The notes beneath the pieces were generated by a model, which saw only the letters and a list, made by a program, of their open reading frames with translations, had not been told where the DNA came from and ran no database searches. Shown piece by piece: positions 10,340 through 18,823 of a DNA stretch of 64,000 bases. This DNA is from an uncultured delta proteobacterium. Its GTDB lineage: Bacteria; Desulfobacterota; Binatia; Binatales; Binataceae. Each line of letters opens with the position of its first letter. Position 1 is the first letter of the stretch. The position numbers and the translations under genes are program-made. Where the stretch lies: positions 1,216,001 through 1,280,000 of the forward strand of contig CAVRVY010000003.1 in the NCBI GenBank assembly GCA_963724765.1, read 5' to 3'.

Positions 10340-10376
10340 CTGGCGACGCGCGGATTCAGAATCCGCGCGTCGCCAG
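10340..10376. repeat. Perfect 18-1-18 inverted repeat between convergent ompA-like gene and dam remnant; possible terminator
   Basis: ctggcgacgcgcggattc-a-gaatccgcgcgtcgccag. Confidence 0.85.
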
Positions 10377-10475
10377 AACTTCGCTGGCGGGCGTGCGGTT
10401 GCCCGTGCAACTGATCATCCGCGGGGCGCGCAGGCGCTCTATCGAGTAGCCCAGCTTGCGATACAGCCGCACAAT
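10356..10475 (-). pseudogene. Orphaned 3' fragment of a Dam-family methyltransferase
   Basis: Translates IVRLYRKLGYSIERLRAPRMISCTGNRTPASEVLATRGF*, matching the C-terminus of the intact Dam (IMALYKRLGFSVRTTFKAPRMISCTGDRTRALEVLATKGL*). Confidence 0.85.
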
Positions 10476-10505
10476 CAGCATCCTTATCGATTCGATCGGC
10501 TGAAT
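10476..10505. repeat. 30-bp imperfect direct repeat, copy 1 (att-like junction)
   Basis: cagcatccttatcgattcgatcggctgaat; 27/30 identical to 13077-13106. Confidence 0.85.
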
Positions 10506-10554
10506 TGTCGGCGGCGACCCAGCCGCAACCAGCCTCCCGTCCCAGTTTCGACGA

Positions 10555-11628
10555 CTAGCCAGGACCTTCATCGAGTATTGACGGTTCAGTTTCTACACTT
10601 TCGCATCCGGGCAAGATGGTTGTGGCCACACGATCAGTGAGACCCTGGCTTCGACGGGCCCGAAGGACTTCACTGTAGAGAGCCATTAGTTCTGCCGCGC
10701 CCGTCGTCCTCTCGATTTGGGTCAATGGCCATCCGGTGCATCCGTAAGAGATTTTGTGAATCAACGATCCGGTGAATGGTGGCGCGAGCGCAAAATCGAA
10801 CGCCACGGGGGTCACGTGGCTGCCGGGCGCAAGCCTGAATGCTTCAGGGCACACGACCGATACAATCGCACCTAGAACGGATTCGCCTGTCCAATCGGGA
10901 CGTCTCACATTGGTGATCAGTTCTGTCCCACCGCCCGGCGGCCACAAATGGGAATTGACATAGACATCTCTCGCTACTCCCGGGCCGCGATTGTGCAGCC
11001 CGAGCACCGCGGTAAACTGCAGGATCGGCTCTTGGTCCGCCTGCGAAACTGGCGCTATTCTAGGTTTCTGGACGAACCAGTTGTGAAACAGCGACGGTTG
11101 CGGTTGTTTTCCGAACATCCCAGCAAGAACTCCGTGCAGCGTCGGGGTAAAGTTCGAGCCCGCCCGCACGTAGTACTGAAGCGGTTGAACGCACTGGTGA
11201 GGTGCCAAGTAACTCTTCGCTATATATGTGACAACGAATCCGTTGTTAGGTTCAGACGATTCGACAGCCGCGTGGCGGACGTCGGGATGTGGCGGGATTG
11301 TGCAGCCGGACACGGCACCTTCCAAACTACTTACAAAACGCTTGGGATTTACGATATGAACCTTAGCTGCGGCTACGTCGCCCACTTCAGAGCGCTCCCT
11401 GCAGTCCACACCCCAAACGATTACGCCGCCTTCGGAGTTCCCAAAACCGGAGATCGCTTTCCCTAGGTTCTTCCGATCGGTGTCATGCAATCTGCGCCCT
11501 ATGCCATTGTCTGTAGAGCGCTTGAAATCTAAAAAAAGTTCCTCGCTTTGGCGATCCTCGATGAGAGCGTCGATCGCCGCTTCACCCTGTGTGGAGAGCC
11601 GCTCGAAGAGATCTTCTGCGCGTCCCAT
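10555..11628 (-). CDS. Schlafen/AlbA_2-domain protein with uncharacterised C-terminal domain
   Basis: SEELFLDFKRS...GKAISGFGNSEGGVIVWGV...PHQ..YYVRAGS pattern typical of AlbA_2. Confidence 0.85.
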   Translation of the reverse strand: MGRAEDLFERLSTQGEAAIDALIEDRQSEELFLDFKRSTDNGIGRRLHDTDRKNLGKAISGFGNSEGGVIVWGVDCRERSEVGDVAAAKVHIVNPKRFVSSLEGAVSGCTIPPHPDVRHAAVESSEPNNGFVVTYIAKSYLAPHQCVQPLQYYVRAGSNFTPTLHGVLAGMFGKQPQPSLFHNWFVQKPRIAPVSQADQEPILQFTAVLGLHNRGPGVARDVYVNSHLWPPGGGTELITNVRRPDWTGESVLGAIVSVVCPEAFRLAPGSHVTPVAFDFALAPPFTGSLIHKISYGCTGWPLTQIERTTGAAELMALYSEVLRARRSQGLTDRVATTILPGCESVETEPSILDEGPG

Positions 11629-11706
11629 GTGCTATCCCAATTGTTACTTTGTTACACGTGCCATCGCAGAACTCGCTGAATGCGGTAGCCCACGTCCTCT
11701 GAGTGG

Positions 11707-12132
11707 CTAAAGATGCCCCTTGTTCGCTCGACCTACGAACTCTTCGAGCGTCACCACGCGGACCCTGTCTGCGAATGTCAAATGCTTGTTGAGCCCGCCG
11801 CCTGTGTAAAAACTGCGAAGCTTCCAGCCACCACCACCGAGCACAACATACGCTGCGGAATATCTCTCTCCGCTAGACATGATGGCCTCGGCAAGACAGA
11901 TTACCTCGAAAGGGACCTTTTGTTCCGCTGTGCCAGAAGTCTGTTGCCATTTTAGTGAAATCAGATAGCTCCGACCGGATGGGTCGCCAGCGACAACGTC
12001 GACCAGATGCCTCCCGCCACCTAGCCGCAGTCCGACATGCACTTGGGTCTCGTACGAGTAATGGCCCTGTTCGAGAGCGGGGAGCACCATTCTTTCCAGA
12101 ACTCCGCCCGTTCGGGTGTCGCGCGGAGCCAT
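11707..12132 (-). CDS. Small PD-(D/E)XK nuclease, putative restriction endonuclease
   Basis: G..LE N-terminal helix, VDVV..ISLKWQQTSGTAEQK; 4 bp downstream of dam. Confidence 0.8.
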   Translation of the reverse strand: MAPRDTRTGGVLERMVLPALEQGHYSYETQVHVGLRLGGGRHLVDVVAGDPSGRSYLISLKWQQTSGTAEQKVPFEVICLAEAIMSSGERYSAAYVVLGGGGWKLRSFYTGGGLNKHLTFADRVRVVTLEEFVGRANKGHL

Positions 12133-12136
12133 GACT

Positions 12137-12946
12137 CTAAAGCCCTTTGGTCGCCAAAACTTCCAGAGCGCGCGTCCTGTCGCCCGTGCAACTTATCATG
12201 CGAGGTGCCTTGAAGGTGGTTCTCACCGAAAAGCCGAGTCTTTTGTAAAGCGCCATTATTCGATCTGTCGCCTGATTTGAGAGTACGACCGGGCCGCGAT
12301 GGCGAGCGAGATACTCCGCTAGGCGCACCTGCTCTTCCCAGCCAAATTGCTGCTTCGAATACTGCGTGAACTCGACGTCGTAGGGCGGGTCGGCATAGAT
12401 GAAGTCGCGCGCTTCGAGATTCAGCGCCTCGAAGTCACCCGCCGAGAAATTCCATTCCCTGAACGTCGCACGATAGGCCGAGAAGTCCGCTACATAGTTG
12501 ATTCGCCGGTAGCGGCCGAATGGGACGTTGAATTCGCCCTTGCGGTTGAAGCGGCAGAGCCCGTTATAGCCAGTGCGATTGAGATAGTAAAAGAGGCTTG
12601 CGGCTTCGGGGGCGTTCTCGTTTCCCTGCGTGATCAGTCTGTTGAAGCGTTCGCGATGGGCGTAGAAGAGCTCAGAATCGTTGCGCATCTCCAGCTCTAT
12701 TTTCAGGCCGCGCTTCAGCCACCGGTAAAAATTGATGACGTGCTCATTCACGTCATTGAGGAGGGCACGTGCCGGCATTAGTCCCAGCGCGACCGCCAGG
12801 CCGCCGCATAAGGGTTCAACCAGTCGCCGATGTTGATGAGGAATCCATAGTTGCCTCAGGTGCGGCACGAGCCAGCGCTTTCCACCCGCCCACTTCAGAG
12901 GGGGTCTGATTGTGGGAACCGCTATTAGATCCAGCGCCGCCGCCAT
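12137..12946 (-). CDS. dam: Dam-family (D12 class) N6-adenine DNA methyltransferase
   Basis: LKWAGGK, EPLCGG, LNDVN, YNGLCRFNRKGEFNVPFG (EcoDam-like recognition loop), DPPY. Confidence 0.95.
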   Translation of the reverse strand: MAAALDLIAVPTIRPPLKWAGGKRWLVPHLRQLWIPHQHRRLVEPLCGGLAVALGLMPARALLNDVNEHVINFYRWLKRGLKIELEMRNDSELFYAHRERFNRLITQGNENAPEAASLFYYLNRTGYNGLCRFNRKGEFNVPFGRYRRINYVADFSAYRATFREWNFSAGDFEALNLEARDFIYADPPYDVEFTQYSKQQFGWEEQVRLAEYLARHRGPVVLSNQATDRIMALYKRLGFSVRTTFKAPRMISCTGDRTRALEVLATKGL

Positions 12947-12961
12947 CCCGCTATCCTATAG

Positions 12962-12985
12962 GTTGTGATGCTCAGCATGCACAAC
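12962..12985. promoter_or_regulatory. Imperfect palindrome immediately upstream of dam; candidate operator
   Basis: gttgtg-atgct-c-agcat-g-cacaac in an AT-rich spacer about 15-40 bp before the ATG. Confidence 0.35.
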
Positions 12986-13031
12986 AAACGCAATGCATCT
13001 TTGTCCACACTGTTCGTGCCTGGCGCGGCGC

Positions 13032-13636
13032 TCACGCCTGCGGCTCCGCGGCGCGGCGCTCGATGAAGCGTGCGAGCAGCATCCGCATCGACTCGATCGG
13101 CTGAATCCCGGTGAGCGGAAAGTCGCCCAGGATGAAACTCGGATAGCCGAGCGCGGAAAAGCGGTCCGCCTCGGCCTTGTTCGCGGCGATCCGCGCGGCC
13201 ATCCGGCCCGCTCGACCCGGTCGCGAAAGTGCGCGGGTTCCAGACCGGCGCGCGCGGCGATCGCGCTCAGCACGTCGAGGTTGCCGATCTCCGCGCGCTG
13301 CTCGAAGGCCGCGCGAAAGACCGCGTCATGATACGCCGCGAACGCTCCCGCCTCGCGCGCGAGTTCCGAGCCCTGGAGCGCCTTGTCCGAGTCGAGCCAT
13401 CGCGCGGGCGGCTCGACCGCGATGCCGGTCTCGGCGACGACGTTGCGGATCCTGCCCAACTCGAGCGGACCGAGCGGCAGCCCGGGGCGGGTGCGATAGT
13501 TGCGCAGTGCAATCGGCACGCCTTTCCATAGCGCGGTGAAGCCGAGCTCGCGTTCGAGCTGGCCGACGATGCGCCAGGCGACGTAACAGAGCGTCGAGGA
13601 ATAATCGAAATAAATCGGGATGACGATCCGCGGCAT
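13032..13636 (-). pseudogene. DsbA/FrnE (HCCA isomerase)-family protein with a single-base frameshift near 13205
   Basis: N-terminal YFDYSSTLCY; C-terminus MAARIAANKAEADRFSALGYPSFILGDFPLTGIQPIESMRMLLARF continues in another frame; span is 605 bp. Confidence 0.75.
13077..13106. repeat. 30-bp imperfect direct repeat, copy 2 (inside 3' end of DsbA-like gene)
   Basis: cagcatccgcatcgactcgatcggctgaat. Confidence 0.85.
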
Positions 13637-13732
13637 CGTTTCTCGGTTCAAATATTGGCCTCTTACACGCGTGCGAGCAATTCCCCGGCGCCGACGCTTG
13701 CCTCCCGCTGGCCTTGGCCGCAATGCTGGAGC

Positions 13733-14260
13733 ATGGCGGTACAAAGGCGCGAAGTGTTGAAGCTCGGCGTGGTCGACCTCGGCGTAGAGCAAGCGGAACT
13801 GCCCAACGGTGTGACGGTTGACCTGGCCGTCATACGCCATCCGGGCGCCAGCGCGATCGTGGCCCTCGACGAGCATCGCCGCGTGACGCTGCTTCGTCAG
13901 TGGCGTCATGCGATGGGCGGCTGGATGTGGGAGATTCCGGCAGGATGCCGCCGCGCGGGCGAGAGCGCTCAAGCGTGCGCCGAGCGCGAGCTGAGCGAGG
14001 AGGCCGGCCTGGGAGCACGCCGCTGGGACCATCTCGGCGCAATCGTCACGATCCCCAGCTTCTGCGATGAGCGCATCGAACTCTACCTCGCGCGCGAGTT
14101 GGATGCCGTGCCGGGCGAGCTCGACCACGACGAAGTGATCAGTGCGAAGCCCGTTGCCTTGGATGAGGCGCTGGCGATGATCGTCCGCGGTGAGATGGTC
14201 GATGCGAAGTCAATCGTGGCGCTACTACGCGCGCGTGATTTTCTGGACGGAGCGCAATGA
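13733..14260 (+). CDS. NUDIX hydrolase (ADP-ribose pyrophosphatase-like)
   Basis: RHPGA, LLRQWR, EIPAG...AERELSEEAG Nudix box, DAKS. Confidence 0.92.
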   Translation: MAVQRREVLKLGVVDLGVEQAELPNGVTVDLAVIRHPGASAIVALDEHRRVTLLRQWRHAMGGWMWEIPAGCRRAGESAQACAERELSEEAGLGARRWDHLGAIVTIPSFCDERIELYLARELDAVPGELDHDEVISAKPVALDEALAMIVRGEMVDAKSIVALLRARDFLDGAQ

Positions 14261-14468
14261 AACCGTGCGTCTGAATCTTCGACAGCGGCCGACCAAACAC
14301 GGCCTGCGGAGACCGAAGCCTGATTTGACGAACTTTCGCGAACTTTCGCGACAGCCCAGGGGCTCAGGGTACCTGACCCCATGGGCCGCATGCCCCGACG
14401 CCCATTTATGGACGTACGCCACTGCTGACCGCGAATTACGCGGTCGCCTGCTAATCAGGCAGTTGCGC

Positions 14469-14678
14469 CTATTCGACGACCACTTCGTCCGGAAACAAGA
14501 AGGTGGTCGCGCCATCGTCAAATTGCACCAACAGCATACGGCGCCCAAGGTTGTCTACCGAGCGCAAAATGCGAGGTTTTTCGCTAAATCTGCTCAGGCC
14601 CTCATGGTCTCGTACCGGCTTGAGCAAACGACAATGCCGCCCAACCACCGCCTCGAAATTTGTACTTTCCATAATCAT
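14469..14678 (-). CDS. Small hypothetical protein (beta-rich, SH3-like pattern)
   Basis: GGAAGG RBS; LVQFDDG..FLFPDEV C-terminus. Confidence 0.6.
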   Translation of the reverse strand: MIMESTNFEAVVGRHCRLLKPVRDHEGLSRFSEKPRILRSVDNLGRRMLLVQFDDGATTFLFPDEVVVE

Positions 14679-15051
14679 TACTTTCCTTCCACCGCCAGGC
14701 CAAACTCCCCGCCCGGTCGTACTGGATCCTGCCCCGCTACGCTACAATAGCAATGATCGCGCCTATTGATTAGACGCTTTTCCGCTGACTTTGATTCTCG
14801 TCTCCAACTTAATGAAAAGCCAAAAAATCCGGGCCTTTCACAGAATCCCTGGCTCCCCGCTATTAGCGGCCACTGACGGCGCCATTAAGCGCTCTTGATT
14901 TGCGGCTGGAATCGCGTCAGGTAGAGGTGGACTGAATTGGGATGGACTGGTCTTGGGATGAGGAATTCCGCACCGCAGCACCGCCTAACCACCAATAGCT
15001 CCGTTTATCGTTAACGGACGCCCAATCTTCAGGATACCCGCTATATATATC

Positions 15052-16815
15052 ATGTCAACGCTATATCCGCTGATTATGGGCCTCGAGGTCATGGTTTCCA
15101 CTGAGCACTACCTCTCGGCCGCAGCCGGGGCCCGCCTTTTCGACCGCGGGGGCAACGCTATCGACGCCGCCGTCGCCGCAGCCTTGGTCGAGGGGGTCGT
15201 CAACCCCCACATGCACACGATCGGTGGTGAGGCGCCGATGCTCCTGCGGCTAGGGCCAACTCAGCGGGTGGTTTCGATTAACGGCAATACGATGGCGCCC
15301 GCACGCGCCACGATCGCTCATTACCGGGCGCTGGGGCTTGAGCTCGTTCCGGGCGAAGGGTTGCTTGCGGCGGGAGTGCCCGCGGCCTTTGGCGCATTCG
15401 CTTGCGCGCTGGAGAACTTCGGCACCAAATCGCTGGCCGCGGTCGCCGGCCCCGCGCTCGCGCTGTGCGAAGACGGCTTCCCGATGCATCCGGGGCTCTG
15501 CGGCGATGACGAATCGGTCGACATTCCGGGCCTCGGGCTCAGCTCGATTCGCCCCAACGCCGAGCTATATCGCACACGATGGCCGTCGACTGCGCATATC
15601 TACATGTCGGGCGGCGACCTGCCGCGCTCGGGTGACCTCATCAGGAATCCCGCACTGGCGCATTTTTTCCGCCGCTTGCTGGACGCCGAAGCTGGCGCCG
15701 CGCGCAACGGCGGGCGCGAGGCCGGACTACGTGCGGCGGTCGAGCGCTTCTACCGCGGCGATATCGCGCACGAGATTGTCGCCCACTCAGAAGCTCATGG
15801 TGGCCTGCTGGCGCTCGAGGATCTCGCCACGTTCACGACCCGAATCGAAGAGCCGGCCAGCCGCACCTACCGCGGAGCAACAGTCTTCAAGTGCGGACCG
15901 TGGTCGCAGGGGCCGGTCTTCCTGCAACAACTCGCGCTGCTCGAGGGCTTCGACCTCGGCGCGATGGGGCACAACTCGGCGGCCTACCTGCACACGCTGG
16001 TCGAAGCGGCCAAGCTCGCTTTCGCCGACCGCGAGGCCTACTACGCCGACCCCGAGTTCGTCGACGTTCCGCTCAAGGAGCTGTTCTCCGAGCGCTACGC
16101 GGCGCTACGCCGGGCGCTTATCGATCCGGCTCGCGCCTCGCTAGAGCTGCGGCCGGGCGATCCGCGTGCGATGCGCGCCGAGGCGGGCGCGGCGATACAG
16201 GCGCGTTCGTGGGGTGGAGGCACCACGCATGTCGACGCGGCCGATCGCCAAGGCAATCTGATCGCAATCACGCCCAGCGGAGCGTGGCTCCGCAGCTCGC
16301 CGGTCGCCGACGCTCTGGGCTTTCCGCTCGGCACGCGAGTGCAGACTTTTTACCTCGACGAGCGCCATCCCAATGCGCTCGCTCCGCGCAAGCGCCCGCG
16401 CACGACGCTGACGCCGTCGCTGGCGGCGACGCGCGACGGCAGATGGATTGCCTTTGGCACCCAGGGCGGCGATCAGCAGGACCAGTGGACGCTGCAGTTT
16501 TTTCTCAACCTGGCCGAGTTTGGGATGAACTTGCAGCAGGCGATCGAGGCCCCGCGCTATTCGTGCATGCATGCACCGTCGTCGTTCTATCCGCACGACG
16601 CTTACCCCGGGTTAGTGCGCCTGGAGAGCCGTATCGACGAGCGTGTGCACGCCGACCTTGCCGCGCGCGGCCACAAGGTCGAGACGCGCCCGCCATGGTG
16701 CGACGGTAACGTGCTCGCGGTGGCGCTTGACGCCGCGCGCGGGCAGCTTACGGCGGGCGCCGATCCGCGCGGACAGATTGCTGGCCTGATGCCGGCGCAG
16801 GCGATTGGCTGGTAA
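15052..16815 (+). CDS. ggt: Gamma-glutamyltransferase family protein
   Basis: GGNAIDAAVA, FYRGDIA, AFADRE, catalytic GTTH, PRTTLTP, GADPR. Confidence 0.93.
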   Translation: MSTLYPLIMGLEVMVSTEHYLSAAAGARLFDRGGNAIDAAVAAALVEGVVNPHMHTIGGEAPMLLRLGPTQRVVSINGNTMAPARATIAHYRALGLELVPGEGLLAAGVPAAFGAFACALENFGTKSLAAVAGPALALCEDGFPMHPGLCGDDESVDIPGLGLSSIRPNAELYRTRWPSTAHIYMSGGDLPRSGDLIRNPALAHFFRRLLDAEAGAARNGGREAGLRAAVERFYRGDIAHEIVAHSEAHGGLLALEDLATFTTRIEEPASRTYRGATVFKCGPWSQGPVFLQQLALLEGFDLGAMGHNSAAYLHTLVEAAKLAFADREAYYADPEFVDVPLKELFSERYAALRRALIDPARASLELRPGDPRAMRAEAGAAIQARSWGGGTTHVDAADRQGNLIAITPSGAWLRSSPVADALGFPLGTRVQTFYLDERHPNALAPRKRPRTTLTPSLAATRDGRWIAFGTQGGDQQDQWTLQFFLNLAEFGMNLQQAIEAPRYSCMHAPSSFYPHDAYPGLVRLESRIDERVHADLAARGHKVETRPPWCDGNVLAVALDAARGQLTAGADPRGQIAGLMPAQAIGW

Positions 16816-16830
16816 TTAAACAGCTGGGCG

Positions 16831-17694
16831 GTGACATGGAGGACGCGTGTGATGACGCGCGCAACGATCATTGTCAGTTCGGCGGCCGCGGCTATGGCGG
16901 TGTTCCTGGCGACAGCGGCCCTCAAGGCAAGGGCGCAGGGCGAGCTGTTCAATCCGGCGCGAATCGCCGCCGCCGTCACCAACGATCCGGCAAAAATTAT
17001 CGACCTGACCTATAGCTTCGACGCCTCGACCATCTATTGGCCCACCGAAGGCGGGTTTGAGCACAAGTTTGAACTGTTCGGAATGCAACCGGGCGGCTAT
17101 TTCTACTCCTCGGCCAGGTTCGCGGCGGCTGAGCACGGCGGCACACATATGGACGCGCCGTTAAATTTCAATCGTAACGGGATGTCGGTGGACCAGGTAC
17201 CGATGAGCTACTTCGTGGGGCCGGCGGTGATAATCGATTTCTCCGCACGCTCGCTCAACTACCCCGACGCCACGATGAGCCTCGAAGACATCCACGCGTA
17301 CGAAAGAACTCATGGCGAGATTCCCTCGGGCGCAATCGTGGTGGGGCGCTCGGGATGGGGCCGCTTTTGGCCCGACAAGAAGCACTACCTCGGCAGCGAC
17401 CAGCCGGGTGATGTCGCGCATCTGCATTTTCCCGGCTTTTCCCCCGAAGCCGTAAAATTTTTACTGACCGATCGGAACGTGATGGCGCTGGTGATCGATA
17501 CCGCCAGCCTCGACCCCGGCAACTCCAAGGACTTTCCCGTTCATCGAATGTGGCTCGGCGCCAATCGGGTAGGATTTGAAAACCTTGCCAATGCGGATAA
17601 GCTGCCGTTCAGCGGCGCGACGATCTTTTGCATTCCGATGAAGATCGATAAGGGAACGGGAGCGCCTGCACGCATTTTCGCGGTGCTCCCATAG
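16831..17694 (+). CDS. Secreted cyclase-family (kynurenine formamidase-like) metal hydrolase
   Basis: Signal peptide; IIDLT, EHGGTHMDAP, HFPG, ENLAN, GAPARIFA. Confidence 0.9.
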   Translation: MTWRTRVMTRATIIVSSAAAAMAVFLATAALKARAQGELFNPARIAAAVTNDPAKIIDLTYSFDASTIYWPTEGGFEHKFELFGMQPGGYFYSSARFAAAEHGGTHMDAPLNFNRNGMSVDQVPMSYFVGPAVIIDFSARSLNYPDATMSLEDIHAYERTHGEIPSGAIVVGRSGWGRFWPDKKHYLGSDQPGDVAHLHFPGFSPEAVKFLLTDRNVMALVIDTASLDPGNSKDFPVHRMWLGANRVGFENLANADKLPFSGATIFCIPMKIDKGTGAPARIFAVLP

Positions 17695-17879
17695 GGGATT
17701 CACTCGCGGATTCCCGCTATTCAAGAACGAAGTCTTATGAGCGTAGCCATCGTGGCTGCGGGGGCATCAGTGCCGCGAAGTGTACCCCAAGGTGCTGCAA
17801 AAGCGGTTGCATTACCACGACTTAGCTGGCACGCAGAAGCAAAAGACTTGAAAAAAAGGTAAAATTAAATTGTTCGCCG

Positions 17880-17897
17880 TCGGCATGAAAGCTGCTC
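17880..17897 (+). promoter_or_regulatory. Candidate sigma-54 (-24/-12) promoter for the lipoprotein trio
   Basis: cGGcatgaaagctGCt with exact GG-N10-GC spacing, preceded by an A/T-rich tract. Confidence 0.45.
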
Positions 17898-18008
17898 ATC
17901 ATATAGTGGGCAAAAGCGGGTGGCAGCAGATTGGGCACTGAAGCAGTACCGACGGGATAAGGTACGAAACCGGGAAGGTTACTTTACGTAGACAGGAGGG
18001 GGCGAGCG

Positions 18009-18356
18009 ATGCGCAAACGCGTGGTCTCGACAATCTTAGTGGCGATGGCAGCAGTAGTTTTAGTGGCGGGATGCTCCGGGGAGCCGTTGTCGACCCGCGA
18101 AAAGGGCACGCTGATAGGTGGCGGAGTGGGCGCCGCGACCGGCGCGATTATCGGCGCCGCGGTGGGTGCACCCGGCGCGGGCGCAGCTATCGGCGGTGCG
18201 ATTGGCGGCTTGGGCGGCTTTGCGATAGGCAACTCGATGCAGAACAACGAAAACGCACAGGCACAGACCCAGAGCCAGATACAGCAACAGCAGCAACAGC
18301 TCGAGCAGCAGCGTCAACAGATCCAGCAACTCAAGCAGCAGCAGGAGACAGAGTAG
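18009..18356 (+). CDS. Glycine-zipper lipoprotein with Gln-rich coiled-coil tail (paralog 1)
   Basis: AGGAGG RBS; lipobox VAGC; GGGVGAATGAIIGAAVG; poly-Q ending QETE. Confidence 0.88.
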   Translation: MRKRVVSTILVAMAAVVLVAGCSGEPLSTREKGTLIGGGVGAATGAIIGAAVGAPGAGAAIGGAIGGLGGFAIGNSMQNNENAQAQTQSQIQQQQQQLEQQRQQIQQLKQQQETE

Positions 18357-18391
18357 TCGTTCGGAGCAGTGGTTCGACAGAGGGGAAATCC

Positions 18392-18772
18392 ATGAAGTAT
18401 TCGACAAAGAAGTATTCGCGAAATCCAAAAAAAGGCTTGTTGGCGACGGTGGCGTTCGTGTTGGTGGCGGCCTTTGCCCTTGCCGGATGCAGCGGTCAGC
18501 CGCTATCGACGCGTGAGGAAGGAACGCTCGGCGGCGGCGTGCTGGGCGCAGGTGCAGGAGCGATAATCGGCGCCGCCGTCGGCCATCCGGGCGCCGGCGC
18601 TGCGATTGGCGGCGCGCTTGGCGCGGGCACCGGCTACGTCGTCAGCAACTCGATGCAGAACAACCAGGACGCGCAGGCGCAGACCCAGGGCCAGATCCAG
18701 CAGCAGCAGCAGGAACTCGAACAACAGCGCCAGCAGATCGAACAGCTCAAGCAACAGCAGCAGACCGAGTGA
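18392..18772 (+). CDS. Glycine-zipper lipoprotein with Gln-rich tail (paralog 2)
   Basis: GAGGGG RBS; LAGC lipobox; highly similar to paralog 1. Confidence 0.88.
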   Translation: MKYSTKKYSRNPKKGLLATVAFVLVAAFALAGCSGQPLSTREEGTLGGGVLGAGAGAIIGAAVGHPGAGAAIGGALGAGTGYVVSNSMQNNQDAQAQTQGQIQQQQQELEQQRQQIEQLKQQQQTE

Positions 18773-18823
18773 GCGAGGACCAGCCAGAGGTGGCCCGTGG
18801 AGGGGATGAGACAAGGTGCTTAT

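Larger units (their letters stand above)
10476..13106. mobile_element. Small horizontally acquired restriction-modification/defence islet (no integrase present)
   Basis: Visibly more AT-rich codons than flanks; bounded by 30-bp direct repeats; displaced dam fragment at one end. Confidence 0.65.

Noticed and set aside
10356-10571. 71-aa ORF as a genuine new small gene
   Set aside because: Better explained as a chimera of junction DNA, the dsbA-derived 30-mer and a dam 3' remnant; translation cannot be excluded.
12956-14128. 390-aa minus-strand ORF as one protein
   Set aside because: Composite of the NUDIX antisense frame, the DsbA-like N-terminus and out-of-frame read-through after the frameshift.
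17827-17842. Sigma-54 promoter at tggcacgcagaagc
   Set aside because: GG-to-GC spacing is 9 nt rather than the required 10; the site at 17880 fits better.
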